DNA of 64,000 nt from Malacoraja senta. Taxonomy: Eukaryota. The stretch is taken from the NCBI GenBank assembly GCA_038087875.1, contig CM075991.1, positions 12,154,001 to 12,218,000 on the forward strand, written 5' to 3'. Below are positions 45,701 through 58,115 of this stretch, piece after piece (the stretch's first letter is position 1; each line of letters opens with the position of its first letter). The translations under genes were made by a program, and so were the position numbers. The notes beneath the pieces are model-generated. The model did not search any database and had not been told where the DNA came from. It saw only the letters and a list, made by a program, of their open reading frames with translations.

Positions 45701-48700
45701 TGCCTTAATGCACCCTGTGGTCATCATTCAAATAAAATGGACGTGAAAATGACATTGGTAATTTCTCCTAATAAACGTAACCACCAAGTAACGCAGCATT
45801 AAATTTTATTATTACAAAGCAAGACTATGAGATGATAAAACAAAAAGTTGTTGGTAGTATTATCAGCAACAATTAGAAGACAATTCTACAATGCAAGAAG
45901 CTTTGATTTAGCTATAGAGTTTATAAAAGCATATTGCTCACCATCGAATTGGTAATGCATAGTTTGATTGATCCGTTCAGTGACACCAGCAAGCCAATCT
46001 TGAAATGACAAGTTCACTTGTGATTCATCTATGGGTTGGCTCACAGCTGAAAGAAGGAAGAAAGGTCTACAGTCTACATGAGCTGCTGCACCAAAGACAA
46101 AAACATTTATATGTTGGATGGCTGGTACCTTTTCTCTAGGCATCAGCCATTATCACTGTGGAACTCTTTCACACTGTTGGAAACCAAACCATATTCTACC
46201 CTAATGTTGGAAAGTGAGAAATAACCGGCAAAGGAATTTGGCCAGGAACTTGCTTAGTAACTAATCCACAGCATAATATCTTAGCGTTCCACCACACCAA
46301 ACTGCTGACTATTTTTTTGTTTTTAACCATTTTCAATGCAAACATGAAAACCACAGCAAGTGGTTGCTACTGAGAGGGTGCTTTCTCGTGTTAGAATTCC
46401 ACAAATGCATTGTTGCCCACTATCGAACATTATTAACTTTACACCTACTTATATAGTAGGGCCATTCTTTGGAAAGTGAACCTAAATGTCACACACGTGA
46501 CCAGATGGCATCACATAGAGTAATACATTAAAAACCCATTTATGTAATACATATAGATAGGTAGATGGTTTGCTGATGACCTGCATGGATTTGGTGGGCT
46601 GAAGGGCTGTTTCAGTGCTGTATCTATGACTGTGTTCTGATTTTGGGACAGAAGCTGGATGGCAATCATGATAGAGAAAACTGGTTGATTGAAAGGAACA
46701 ATTTATAGGTGTGCAATGTCAGTCTATTACTGGACTATGCTGTTCCGTAGATTTGAGTCCAGTGGCTGAATAACAAAGTCTGAACAGAGTTTCCTTTCTT
46801 GATGGGCAATAAGATGCAATAATCTGCACTTAACTGATGGCTTAACATAATGAAATGTGCTAATGTACTTTGCAAGAGCATTAATGTAATAAATATTGAT
46901 ACCAAGTCACATAAGGACAGCTGAATACCTAGCTACTACTGGTGGAGTGATGAAATCGGCTGGTTTGGGAAATAGAATAAAATGGCAGACTTATGCATTA
47001 TGCAACAATATAGGGTTACAATTCCACAGCAGGACAGAACCACGGCCGGGAGGAGGAATCCAAACCGTTATTGACAGTGAAGTCTGAAATGGTTTATGTG
47101 CTCCCATTAGTGATTTGACCTTGTTAATTATGATGTTACCCAGGGGAGAATGTAGTGATGTCAGTGCTTACCTGTTAAATCATCCTTTTTCCTCTTTTTT
47201 GCTTTTGAAATGGCATTGGCTGCAGCCTGAGCTGTGAAGTCATGGGGGTAAATTGCCAGCAGTCGCCTCTCAGGATTCGGCTGAAGCCCTAATTAAAGTT
47301 GTAATCAATATTAGGTCAGCATCTCATAATTAATATTCATAAATCCAATAGTGAATTAAGGAGGAAAATATTCATCCACAAAGAAGGCGAAAGATAACAT
47401 TGATAGTTCAAAAAGCTACGTAGGTACAAGGTGCAGAAAGGAATGCATGTTTATGAACATGGAACTTGGAACAGTACAGCACAAGAACGGGCCCTTTGGC
47501 CAACAATGTCTGTGCCGAACATGATGCCAAAACCATCACTTATCTACCTGCACATATTCTATATCGCTCCATTCCCTGCATTTAGTATTTGCCTATCCAA
47601 AAGTCTTTTAAATGCCTGCTTCAACCACCATCTCCAGCAGAGCATTCCAGTCACTCGCCACCCTCTTGGTAAACTTGCCCCGCACATCTCCTTTAAACTT
47701 TTCCCCTCTCACGTTAAAGCTATCCCCTTCAGTATATGAATTTTCCATCCTCTAAAAAAGATTCTGACTGTCTACCCTATTCATGCCTCATAATGTATAT
47801 ACATCTATCAGGCCTCCCTGCAACCTCTGGCATTCCAGATAAAACAATCTGTCTAAAACAATAGCTAATACCCCCCAATCCAGGCATCATTCTGGTAAAC
47901 CTCCTCTGCACCCTCTCCAAAGTTTCCACATCCTTCCTGTAATGGGGAGACTAAAAATGCAAACAATAACCCAAATGTGGCCTAACCAAAGTCCTATAAA
48001 GCTGCATCATTATTGCCTGGCTCTTATATTCAATGCCCGACTTATGAAAGCAAGCATACCATATGCTTCGTGTAAGAAGGAAATGCAGATGCTGGTTTAC
48101 ACCGAAGATAGACACAAAAAACTGGAGTAACTCAGCGGGACAGGCAGCATCTCTGGAGAGAAGGAATGGATGACGTTTCGGGTCAAGATCCTTCTTCAGA
48201 CTGTTTAGGGATAAGGGAAACGAGAGATATAGACGGTGATGTGGAGAGATAAAGAACAATGAATGAAAGATATGCAAAAAAGTAACGATGATAAAGGAAA
48301 CAGACCATTGTAAGCTGTTTGTTGGGTGAAAATGAGAAGCTAGTGCGACTTGGGTGGGGTAAGGATAGAGAGAGAGGGAATGCCAGGGCTACCTGAAGTG
48401 AGAGAAATCAATATTCATACCACTGGGCTGTGAACTGCTCAAGCAAAATATGAGATGCTGCTCCTCCAATTTGTGTTTAGCCTCTCTCTGACAATGGAGG
48501 AGACCAAGGACAGAAAGGTCTGTATAGGAATGGGAAGGAAAATTAAAGTGTTCAGCAGCTGGGAGACCAGGTTGGTTCACGCGGGCTGAGCGAATACCAC
48601 ATGCTTTCTTTACCACTCTGTCTATTATTGTTACCACTTTCAGGGAGTTATAGACTTGGACACCAAGATCCATCTATACATCAATACTGTTAAGGGTAAT

Positions 48701-50513
48701 GCCATTAATTGTGTATTTTCCCCTTACATTTGACCTCCCAAAGTGCAACACCTCACACTTGCTTGATAGAAACTCTATCTGCCATTTCTCAACCAATTTC
48801 TGTAGCTAATCTACATCCCGTTGTATACTTTGACAGCCTTCCTCACAAAGCCACAATCTTGGTATCATAAGAAACTTACTAACCAACCCGTCTATGTTTA
48901 CATCCATATTATTTAGCACGGATCTCTGCAGAACACCACTGGTCGCATACATCCAGCCTGAATATTGTCCCTCCACCAAAACCCTCATTCTATCATTAAG
49001 CCAGTTCTGAATCCATATGATCTAGTCATTATTTATCCCATGCATCTTAATCTTCTGGATCAACCAACAATTGGGGATTTTATCACATTCCTTACTAAAA
49101 TCCATGTAAGTAACATCCACCATCCTACCCTCATCGATCACCTTCACCACCTCTTCAAAATCCTCGATCAAATTGGTAAAACATGACCTGCCATGCAAAG
49201 CCATGCAGGCTGTCTGTAATTAACTCATTCTCATCCAATTGGGAGTAAATCACATCCCAAAGTACCCTTTCCAATAGCTTCCCAACCACTAACGTGAGGC
49301 TCACTGGCCTATAAATCCCTGGATTCATTCTACTTCCCTTCTTAAATAGAGGAACAACATTAGCTACTCTCCAGTCCTCCAGGACCTCGCCCGTGGTTAA
49401 AGAAGATGCAAAGATGTTCGTCAAGATTGCTTACCCAATCTTCTCACTTGCCTCTCTCAATAGTTCTCTCAAAATCCCATCAAGTCCTGAGGATTTATCC
49501 ACCTTAATGCTCTTCAAGAGCCCCAACACCTCCTTCTTAATCTCGAATTAGTATTCTCAATTTGCACATTAGTATTTCCAGAACTGATGAGGTTAGAAGA
49601 TGGAAGTCTGTGTTGAACTTCAAGTCATTCCAACATTATTTGGAAATTCAATATTTAATGCAGTTTAATTTATATTCATATTTTTCCACCTACCAGTAGA
49701 ATCAAACTTGATGAAATATGAGAACTCTTGCCCTAACTTCTCATCGCTAGCAAAAGCACAAATGCATGCATAGAAGTGGATGCAATGTTTTGATGTCTCC
49801 TTTTTGTTGCTGCTCGATTTGCTGGCTTTGAAGGCCTGGCAAGAACAGTAGAACTTGTGCTCCATAACACCTTTAGTCCTAGTTTTCTCATGGAAGGAAA
49901 CGTGCAGAAATCCTAAACTGTGCTTCTGGCTAGCTTTGCACTTCACCACCATGATAGTTTTAGTGATCCGCTGCACCAGGGGCCCACTAGATTCAGTCGC
50001 CAAGTTCCAGATAGCCTGCTTTGTTTCAGTGGTCACTTGAAGAGAGTTCAACACAGAACTCTTAAGCGTATGTGGTGTGGCTTCCATATGACATTCCACG
50101 GCAAGCTTAATATGCTGACATTGGTTCTCAGCACCTCCTTGAGAAGATACTTTGAAACACGTGGGAACCAAGCATCGGCCTGTTATATGGGTAATAATGG
50201 TTCCATCCACTGTCTCAATTGCCTCAGTTGTGCCCAGTTCCACAAAGCCTCTGTAGTCAGGTCCTCGATCTCGAAGTCTCACTGAGTACACCTGCGAAGA
50301 AGATCCGGTGACAATGCGGACAGCATCGACGCTGGGTTGTTGCTTTCGAGCTCCATCTCTGAAGACAGCACCACAGCTTTTGTTCTTGCAGCTCAAACCA
50401 CGAGTACCATTGAATGTGCCGCACTTTGGGCACTTCTTAATTCCCCGTAGAGTAGGTTTGCCCAAATCAGCTAAAAAAGCCGGAGTTTTCATCTTGTCTG
50501 CATGTTGTTCCAT
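42507..50513 (-). CDS. C2orf42: C2orf42 homolog (zinc-finger-like uncharacterised protein), 7 coding exons
   Basis: Exons 49694-50513, 47172-47288, 45942-46046, 44867-44974, 44445-44545, 43056-43218, 42507-42715 splice in frame (540 aa). Hallmarks [45 protein letters not shown] and [14 protein letters not shown]. Tandem with TIA1 as in human. Confidence 0.93.
43056..43218 (-). CDS. C2orf42: C2orf42 exon
   Basis: [54 protein letters not shown]. Confidence 0.92.
44445..44545 (-). CDS. C2orf42: C2orf42 exon
   Basis: [33 protein letters not shown]. Confidence 0.92.
44867..44974 (-). CDS. C2orf42: C2orf42 exon
   Basis: [36 protein letters not shown]. Confidence 0.92.
45942..46046 (-). CDS. C2orf42: C2orf42 exon
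   Basis: [34 protein letters not shown]. Confidence 0.92.
47172..47288 (-). CDS. C2orf42: C2orf42 exon
   Basis: [41 protein letters not shown]-like KKRKK; phase 1-1. Confidence 0.82.
47445..49545 (-). mobile_element. Degraded CR1-type LINE RT fragment interrupted by the Penelope insertion
   Basis: [37 protein letters not shown] remnants. Confidence 0.82.
48069..48593 (-). mobile_element. Penelope-like element 3' fragment (GIY-YIG C-terminus plus hammerhead-containing terminal repeat) nested in a CR1
   Basis: Encodes [49 protein letters not shown]; 13-bp TSD ataccaYatgctt (48056-48068 / 48594-48606). Confidence 0.8.
49694..50513 (-). CDS. C2orf42: C2orf42 large first coding exon
   Basis: ORF 49665-50513 trimmed to the donor G|gtaggt; acceptor at 50535. 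Confidence 0.93.
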
Positions 50514-51567
50514 TTTTCTTATCAGATTAAAACCCTACAAGAGAACAGAGATTAAACTCGGCAAAGAAAACAAAGTAAGGCCTTAAAATAATTACACTGA
50601 AGCACACATATAAATCGGAAAACTGGCCTCCATCAACAATAAGAACTACAATGATGGGGTAGCTACCAGATACCAGGACAAGCTGATAACGGTTTAAAAA
50701 GCGTACATGTTCCTATTAAGTAGGAGGATGGTGATGCAAGAGTTCACACAATACATTACAGCTCATGTAGTTTCATGTAGCTATGTACGATACGATCTGC
50801 TTCATAGGGGCTAAGCGCCAGAATTCCTTCCCTAAACCACCTTGCCTTTTGTTTTATTTCTTAAGTTGTTGCTTAAGACTTTTCGACCACTTGTCCTGAT
50901 TTCTTCTCCTTGTGCTGTATCATTTTTAACATACTTTCTCTGAAATCCCGATTACTGACTGAATTATTGATTGAAACATCCTGGTGGTCTTGAAGGGTGC
51001 AATATAAATACAAGTTCCTTTTTCTTTCACCTCCTCCCATCCTTCACCTACAAACTGCATCCTGTAATATCACAGAAAATCTAATATGTTATGCCTTTCA
51101 CATTTCCAATCTTTTTAAAGTTAAACACCATGAAATGTGCATTAAAAAAAATCAGCTAATGTATCACATTTTCTAGTGTAAATATTTGTAATTAATATTG
51201 CTAAGCCCTGCCATTAAACTGCATCAGCAACGTGAAATACTGGTCTTCACACAGAAATGCTTGGAATAGTGTTTAAAACTAAAGGATCTTTACTTATCAC
51301 CTTTCATGGTCTTGAAACAACCTATAAGGTCTGTGTAGCCACTCCGGCACTTTATTTAAAACATTTACTCAATAATGATGAGCAACACCTTACATGCTCT
51401 GTACTATTTTTATATCTCTAGTCTCCCTCTCCTCTGCTTCAGTCTGAAGAAGGGTCTCGACCTGAACCATCACCCATTCCTTCTCTCCACAGATGCTGCC
51501 TGACCCACTGAGTAACTCCAGCAGTTTGTGTCTGTCTGTTTTGATTTGTCGTTTTCACACCTTACAT

Positions 51568-52605
51568 TAGGTATGTTACAAAACTTACCTTCAGTCGCGC
51601 TGTAATTCTGCCACTGGCCGTGTGCGTGATTTTGGCGCCTTTAAGGGGGGGGACGGGGTTAAAACGCGGTTTCTCCTCCCTTGTCCTGAATTATATTTCG
51701 TTGGAGTTCAAGCATTTGCTGACAAATCGTTCCTAGCGGCATTTTGTGAATTTTTTATTTTTATTAAATCGTCAATGTCAGCGCTAGAGTAATTTTAAAA
51801 GCAGCTCCTGAAGCGTCAACGCCGATAACGAGGACGGATTTCACACACGGGACAGGTAAACGAGTGGTTTCTTTAAATGTATAAAAGTACTTCTTAAGAA
51901 GCCTTTAATTCACATTTTTTCATGCGACACGGTGATTTTATTCCCCGAACTAACGGCAGTATTTTTCATGCCAATACGGGGTTAAATTCACCGCAAATGA
52001 ACGTTCCAAAAGATCGCGTTCCAGAAATCTTCACTCGCAAGATGATTTAAATGCCCATTAATTTACAGGTATTAAACATTCAATTCCTTCCATTTGGCCT
52101 GTAAATTCATGAAAATTAGATTTAAAAATTATGTTATATTGTGAATTATTGTGTGAATGTTATTTGGACACTTAGGCTATTTAAAAATGTTAATCTATTC
52201 TTAAGAAATTGATAGATGTTTAGATCTAGTAATTGGAATTTTGTAATTAGCTACAATTAGGTAACTAACTAATTATATGCTTTACTTTCATGTCTTCTAA
52301 GTAAGATTGTTTCATATTTGTTTCAGAATGCTTCAATCTATAACTGAAAATTTCTTTCAGTTATCTTAATTTTTAAGAAAGTTATGGGCTTTTAACTGTC
52401 CTCGATCACAGCTTTTGTGTTAAGTCAATGGAAAAGCAATAGGGAACAAGATGCTAATTTCCGAGTATGAAAATGGCCATAACTTCTTTAATACTGAAGA
52501 TATGAAAGTGAATTAGGTGTCAAATTAAACTTCTTTTTATGCTTTATCTGATGGGATAAATTGCAGACTTTATTTTTAAAATCTCAAAATTTTGTAACAT
52601 TGCTA
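51568..52605. mobile_element. Non-autonomous TIR DNA transposon (TAG...CTA termini, hAT-like)
   Basis: TIRs taggtatgttacaaaa / ttttgtaacattgcta (14/16 match); 7-bp TSD cttacat at 51561-51567 and 52606-52612. Confidence 0.85.
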
Positions 52606-52799
52606 CTTACATACTCTTTGTACTATTTTGGTGTCTCTAGTCACCCTCTCCTCTGATTCAAAGGTCAGTTTATTATCACTTTAAGGGACAGTGAAATTCG
52701 ATGCAGTCTGAAGAAGAGTCTGGAGCCGAACCAACGCATTCCTTCTCTCCACAGATGCTGCCTGACCCACTGAGTAACTCCAGCACTTTGAGTCGAGCT

Positions 52800-53430
52800 G
52801 ATGTTGACGACTGCTGTTGAGTGAACCGCCTCCGTCGGGTTGTGATTGGCCCGGAGCCCGGGCGGGACCGGGAAGGCCGCGATCTGATTGGTGATCCCGG
52901 TTGTCAATCATCCCCGGAGGGGGAGGGGGTGTGGGTGCGCACCCCCAGCAGCGCCGGGCGCTGGAAGCGGCGACAGCAGGCGGCCTTGGTGGAGGCCCCG
53001 TGTCACTCGGGGCGTCGTCCGCCAACACAATGACATGTAGAATAAAGTACGCGTACCTTGCTGTGGAGGTGGTTTAGCCTTCCCTCCCCCTTTTCTTCCA
53101 TGTAAACGCCCGGTCAGAGCCGGGCTCCCCTCAGACGCGCCGCCATTTCGCCTTACAAAACCCGCTCGGCGCTGCGCTGTAACGACAGCGGCGATTGGCT
53201 GCCCGTGGTCACGTGGGCTCAGCCCGCCCCCCCGCGCCTTCTGGGACATGTAGTCCCCATCTCTGTTGGGCTCAGCCCGCCCCCCAGCGCCTTCTGGGAC
53301 ATGTAGTCCCCATCTCGGTTGGGCTCAGCCCGCCCCCCAGTGCCTTCTGGGACATGTAGTCCCCATCTCTATTGGGCTCAGCCCGCCCCCCAGTGCCTTC
53401 TGGGACATGTAGTCCCCATCTCTGTTGGAG
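52800..53430 (-). promoter_or_regulatory. C2orf42 CpG-island promoter and first exon (donor at 53057/53056)
   Basis: CpG-dense; YY1-like CGCCATTT 53141-53148; CCAAT (attgg 53194-53198); E-box GTCACGTG 53208-53215; GC boxes and ZNF143-type motifs upstream. Confidence 0.8.
53215..53426. repeat. Minisatellite, 4 x 53 bp; each unit has a GC box plus an ACTACA-n-TCCCAGAAGGC (ZNF143/THAP11-type) motif
   Basis: Units start at 53215, 53268, 53321 and 53374 and differ by only a few substitutions. Confidence 0.92.
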
Positions 53431-53619
53431 CCAGTGAAGATCCCACACCCTGGTTCTCCAACTAGCATCTGCAGTTCCTCCCCTACACACTACTCGTTTC
53501 ACTGTCTATCAGATTAGTCTATCTTGGGTGTAAACCAGCATCTGCAGTTCCTTCCTACACACTACTCGTTTCACTATCCATAAGATACACACTGTCCATA
53601 AGATAGTCTATCTTTGGTG

Positions 53620-54196
53620 TAGAGGTCCTTCTCAGTTGTACAGGGCCCTAGTGAGACCACACCTGGAGTATTGTGTGCAGTTTTGGTCCCCTAATTTGAG
53701 GAAGGACATTCTTGCTATTGAGGGAGTGCAGCGTAGGTTCACAAGGTTAATTCCCAGGATGGCGGCACTGTCATATTATGTTGATAGAATGGAACGGCTG
53801 GGCTTGTATACTCTGGAATTTAGGATGAGAGGGGATCTTATTGAAACATATAAGATTATTAAGGGTTTGGACACGATAGAGGCAGGAAACATATTCCCGA
53901 TGTTAAGGGAGTCCAGAACCAGGGCCACAGTTTAAGAATAAGGGGTAAGCCATTTAGAATGGAGATGAGGAAATACTTTTTCACAGAGTTGAGTCTGTGA
54001 AATTCTCTACCTCAGAGGGCGGTTCTCTGGATGCTGTCAAGAGAGTTAAGTAGAGCTCTTGAAGATAGCGGAGTCAAGGGATATGGGGAGAAGGCAGGAA
54101 CGGGGTACTGATTGTGGATGATCAGACATGATCACATTGAATGGCGGTGCTGGCTCAAAGGGCCGAATGGCCTACTCCAACATCTATTGTCTATTG
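53620..54196 (+). mobile_element. CR1/HER1-type LINE 3' fragment
   Basis: [15 protein letters not shown]...RGDLIETYKII. Confidence 0.88.
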
Positions 54197-54538
54197 TGTC
54201 AACCAGCATTTGCAGTTCCTTCCGACACACTGGTTTCACCATCCTCCTGATTAAGTTTACTGTTTATATGCCTTGTTGTCACCTTCCCCATAGCCAGCAA
54301 TGAACCATTCTACATTTATCTGACTGTCTGCTTTGATCTGTCGTTTTCACACCTTACTCCATATCTTGTTTCTCTCTCCCGACTCTGACTGAAGAAGGGT
54401 CTCGACCCAAAACATCACCCATTTTCTCTGCAGAGATGCTGCCTGCCCCGCTGAGTTACTCCAGCATTTTGTGTCTTATCTTCAGCGTAAGCCAACATGT
54501 ACAGTTCCTCCCTACACTAGTGAAGACTTTATACTGAC

Positions 54539-54557
54539 ACTACATTTCCCAGAATGC
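54539..54557 (+). promoter_or_regulatory. Canonical ZNF143/THAP11 composite site
   Basis: ACTACATTTCCCAGAATGC matches the known ACTACAnnTCCCAGAATGC consensus. Confidence 0.6.
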
Positions 54558-54999
54558 GAATGCGCCACACTCCTTTCTTTCAAAGTCCCAAGTTCAATTG
54601 CCAATTATGACTGTGGCTGAATAGTCAAATGTCATGAGAAATGACAACATTGCAATCTTAATAGGAAAATATTTAATAGATGTTTGCACACTTTATTTTG
54701 AAATGTGCTTTAACTCTGAGGGAGCTTCATTTGCACATTTTATTCAAATGAAAGACAACGTCAATGACATTTGAAAGGCTAAAGATGTTTAAATCTTGAG
54801 GGGGAAATGAGGCAGCATCCGTGGAGGAAACCATGTGGAAATCAGGCAGCATCCGTGGAGGAAAATGGACAGTATGAAGAAGGGTCCCAACCCAAAGCAT
54901 GGCTTGTTTCGTTTTCTCCACACATGTTGCCCGACTTGCTGATTTCCTTCACCTTTTATCTTTTGCATAAAATTTCAGAGTAATAAGAGGCAGTGGATA

Positions 55000-57900
55000 C
55001 AGGCACCTTCTGCAGTGCAGCCACTGGAACATTTTATTTTACACTCAAGTCCAAAGCCAGTGGTGACTGGGGGCAATATGACTGTGCCTCCAAAGTTAAG
55101 GTGGCTGAGGATGAATGAGGGTTTGCAACCATTCAACACAGCTGCGCATCCCACAAAGGAGTCCTTGCGTGCTTTTTAGCTGGAAAAATGGGTTGGAGAG
55201 GACGGCTGCCGCAGTGTGCATAACTCAAGTTTTGCTGCACTTTAAAAATATATATTTCTAGCACTCCAGCCCTATTTAAAGACTGTGACTCTAGCTATGT
55301 ATGTCCTTCCACTTCAAAGATTTTAACATTTGTAAGGCTCAAGATAGTTTTTCCAATTACCCAGTAAAACTCTGTGACAAGAAAATAACATTGTTTCAGA
55401 GCTTCGAGAAACATTGCTATAATTCATTCCAATTTATGCTATGTAATTCATAATACCATAACTGTACCATTAGTATTCTTTGTTGACATCATATGGTCAA
55501 AACTGATCCACATCAACATGTCCACAAAGGCAAAATGTGGTGCATTTGAGAATGTGTTTGTATTAAAAAATATATTGTTATCAATTGTATTCATCCATAT
55601 ATTTATCAATCCTTGCTATATCGAATCTGATTCAATATTGTTTGGCATAATGCTGTGGATTGAGTGGGCTAAAGGTGACTGCAATGTCCCTGGATTGAAG
55701 GAACTGTCTCTGTGAAAGGTACTACATTAATGCAATCTCATCTGTAATAATTACAACAAAACTGTTGCTGTTGACTAGTGTGTGTAATGCACTTTGCTGT
55801 TGTCAAGTGTTAATTTGCATTCACTTCTTATATCAAAGCCATGTCCATTTTAGCTACAATCAAGTACGTTTGGATTATTAAAGATACACATAATCAAATA
55901 GAAATCTATTGTAGCCGATAAACAGAATAATATGAACAGTTCAATACGATGGCCCAATGACCGTTTTATTTATTGACCATTAATAACTGCTACAATTTTA
56001 ATACCAACAAGGCCGTGCAGTTAACAAACCCAAATGCAAGTCAATTGGTCCTTCACAAACCTAGTTCATGTGATTTTTGCCTGGAATAGATATCCCCTGA
56101 GGTGAAGTTTTTATTTTAATGCTGATGTAGTTTAAACAGAAAAGAGAGACTTTATCCCTTTGTGGCCTGTTTAGCCTGCATTTATTCTCAACTTCGATCT
56201 GAAAACCCGCTTACCCAGCTGCTGCTCATTCCATGGTGCCTGTAGCTACACGTTAGTCTGTCACCCATTCCAATGATAACCAGGGAAGCTGTCGGACACA
56301 AATATTCTACAATTCTCACCGCACCACCCCCCCTCCCAGAATACAGCATTAAATCTGCAAAAGGTGCAGGCAAAAAAAAAGTCCCATCCCATGATCAGTA
56401 CCACTTCTTGCACTCCTTGGCAGATGGGACCATTGCAAGTGGAGAGAAATTTAGGGGTGGTGCGCATGTGGGCTGAGGAAGGACCTAAAATGAGCACATG
56501 AAATTGAAAAATTTCTAACACCTTGGAAAGATCTCTGTTCGATTTGTTTCAACTGCTTCAACATTCAATGAACTTTAATACAGGTAAAGACAGAAGTAGT
56601 TAAAAGTTCCACATCAAAAATTTAACCAAATGAAAGCATAGGATTAACAGAATTTGACTTTGTATTTTTCAAGTGCCAGCCCTTGTATGTTAACAAAATG
56701 AATACAGTTTCCAGCGCTTTCTAAATTAGGATTTTAAAAATAAAATGATCCAGTAGTTCTGTATGGTTAATCTGCAGTGTATCACACCACTCAATTTACT
56801 TGAACTCCTGGGGCTGTGCCAACAAGCTTTGCATTTTGATAACTAAATACTATATTAGAAAAAAAACTTGCAATTCCAACAGATTTAAAAAATCATTAAC
56901 ACATTTAAAGGTACATACAATTATTCTGGCAAAAATTTGCAAACATATCATCTTGGGGCATGTCACTGACGGCCCAGTTACTATTTCTGTCCAACCAATA
57001 CACAGGCAAGTTGTTATGTGAACATATTTTAAAGAGGAAACATTTTCACATTCGATTTAATGCGGCAACTGTTTGTATTCTACCGACGAGGATCAGAATT
57101 ACCAGATCCTGTATGTACACTGCACCAACCAGCCATGTACCAATTGATTTATTGACAAGTCAGTTGTCTCTAGTTTCATCAATTAGAATGTTTACATCAG
57201 TAGAATTGGCACAGCCTTATTTGATCCAGAAGCCCAGGCAAACGTGACAATCACATTAAGACGATATTGAAGAAAGCTTGTGAGGTTGGCAGTCTCTCAG
57301 TTTGGTGACTGCAGAAAGTTTCAACTGGAAGGCCTTCCAGGACATTGTGCTGCCTGGGAGACAATTGGTGGAAAACACACATTTTCCCCCGGAAACCTAG
57401 GAAAGAGCATTTAAAAACCAATGTACAACTGATATGCAATAAAATACATTTACAGTACCTCTTATGCATATGTAGTCAATATTGCGAGCATTGTTGATCA
57501 TTTACACTAGAATATACTACATTCTGAACACCCTCCGAAGAGACACGTCAAGAGATTTTATCTTTTTAAAAATTACTTATTTTTTTCTGAGGTGCATCAA
57601 ATAGTGACTTAGCCAAGAACCGACAAAACATATCAACTGTGGCAGATGGGCTTGTTGCATGGTGTGGGCATCCCTGCCCATGGAACAGAACCCACAACTA
57701 CCAGGTGAAGAAGCCAGTGGTGCAATTGCCATACTGGCATATCACTGACAATATTTAAATTTTACCTCCCACAACAACATCTCCCCCACGCACCCCCCCC
57801 CCCCCTCCCCATCTCTCCCAATTACCATTTATGTGCACAGGCTTTCATTTTAGGGAAAGATGCAGAACGAACTCCAGTAATAAAATGTAGCCTCAAGACA

Positions 57901-58080
57901 CTGCAGCGACAACTGCCTGAAGTGTTTGCAACATGCCAGTCGTCAAGCACGGCAGTGAAATGATTCCTACCATCAGCCTCTTGAAATCAGTAAAAACACA
58001 CCAAGAGAAAACAAAAGTAGAATTGCCATGTGTTAACGGTGGAGGTTGTGAATATTTTAATCTTACATGCAAATTGCATT

Positions 58081-58115
<35 letters not shown>

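Noticed and set aside
53215..53426. CRISPR-like regular repeat
   Set aside because: Units are contiguous with no unique spacers; eukaryotic minisatellite.
52665..53502. Several ORFs over the C2orf42 CpG island
   Set aside because: GC-rich and minisatellite-derived open frames without recognisable domains.
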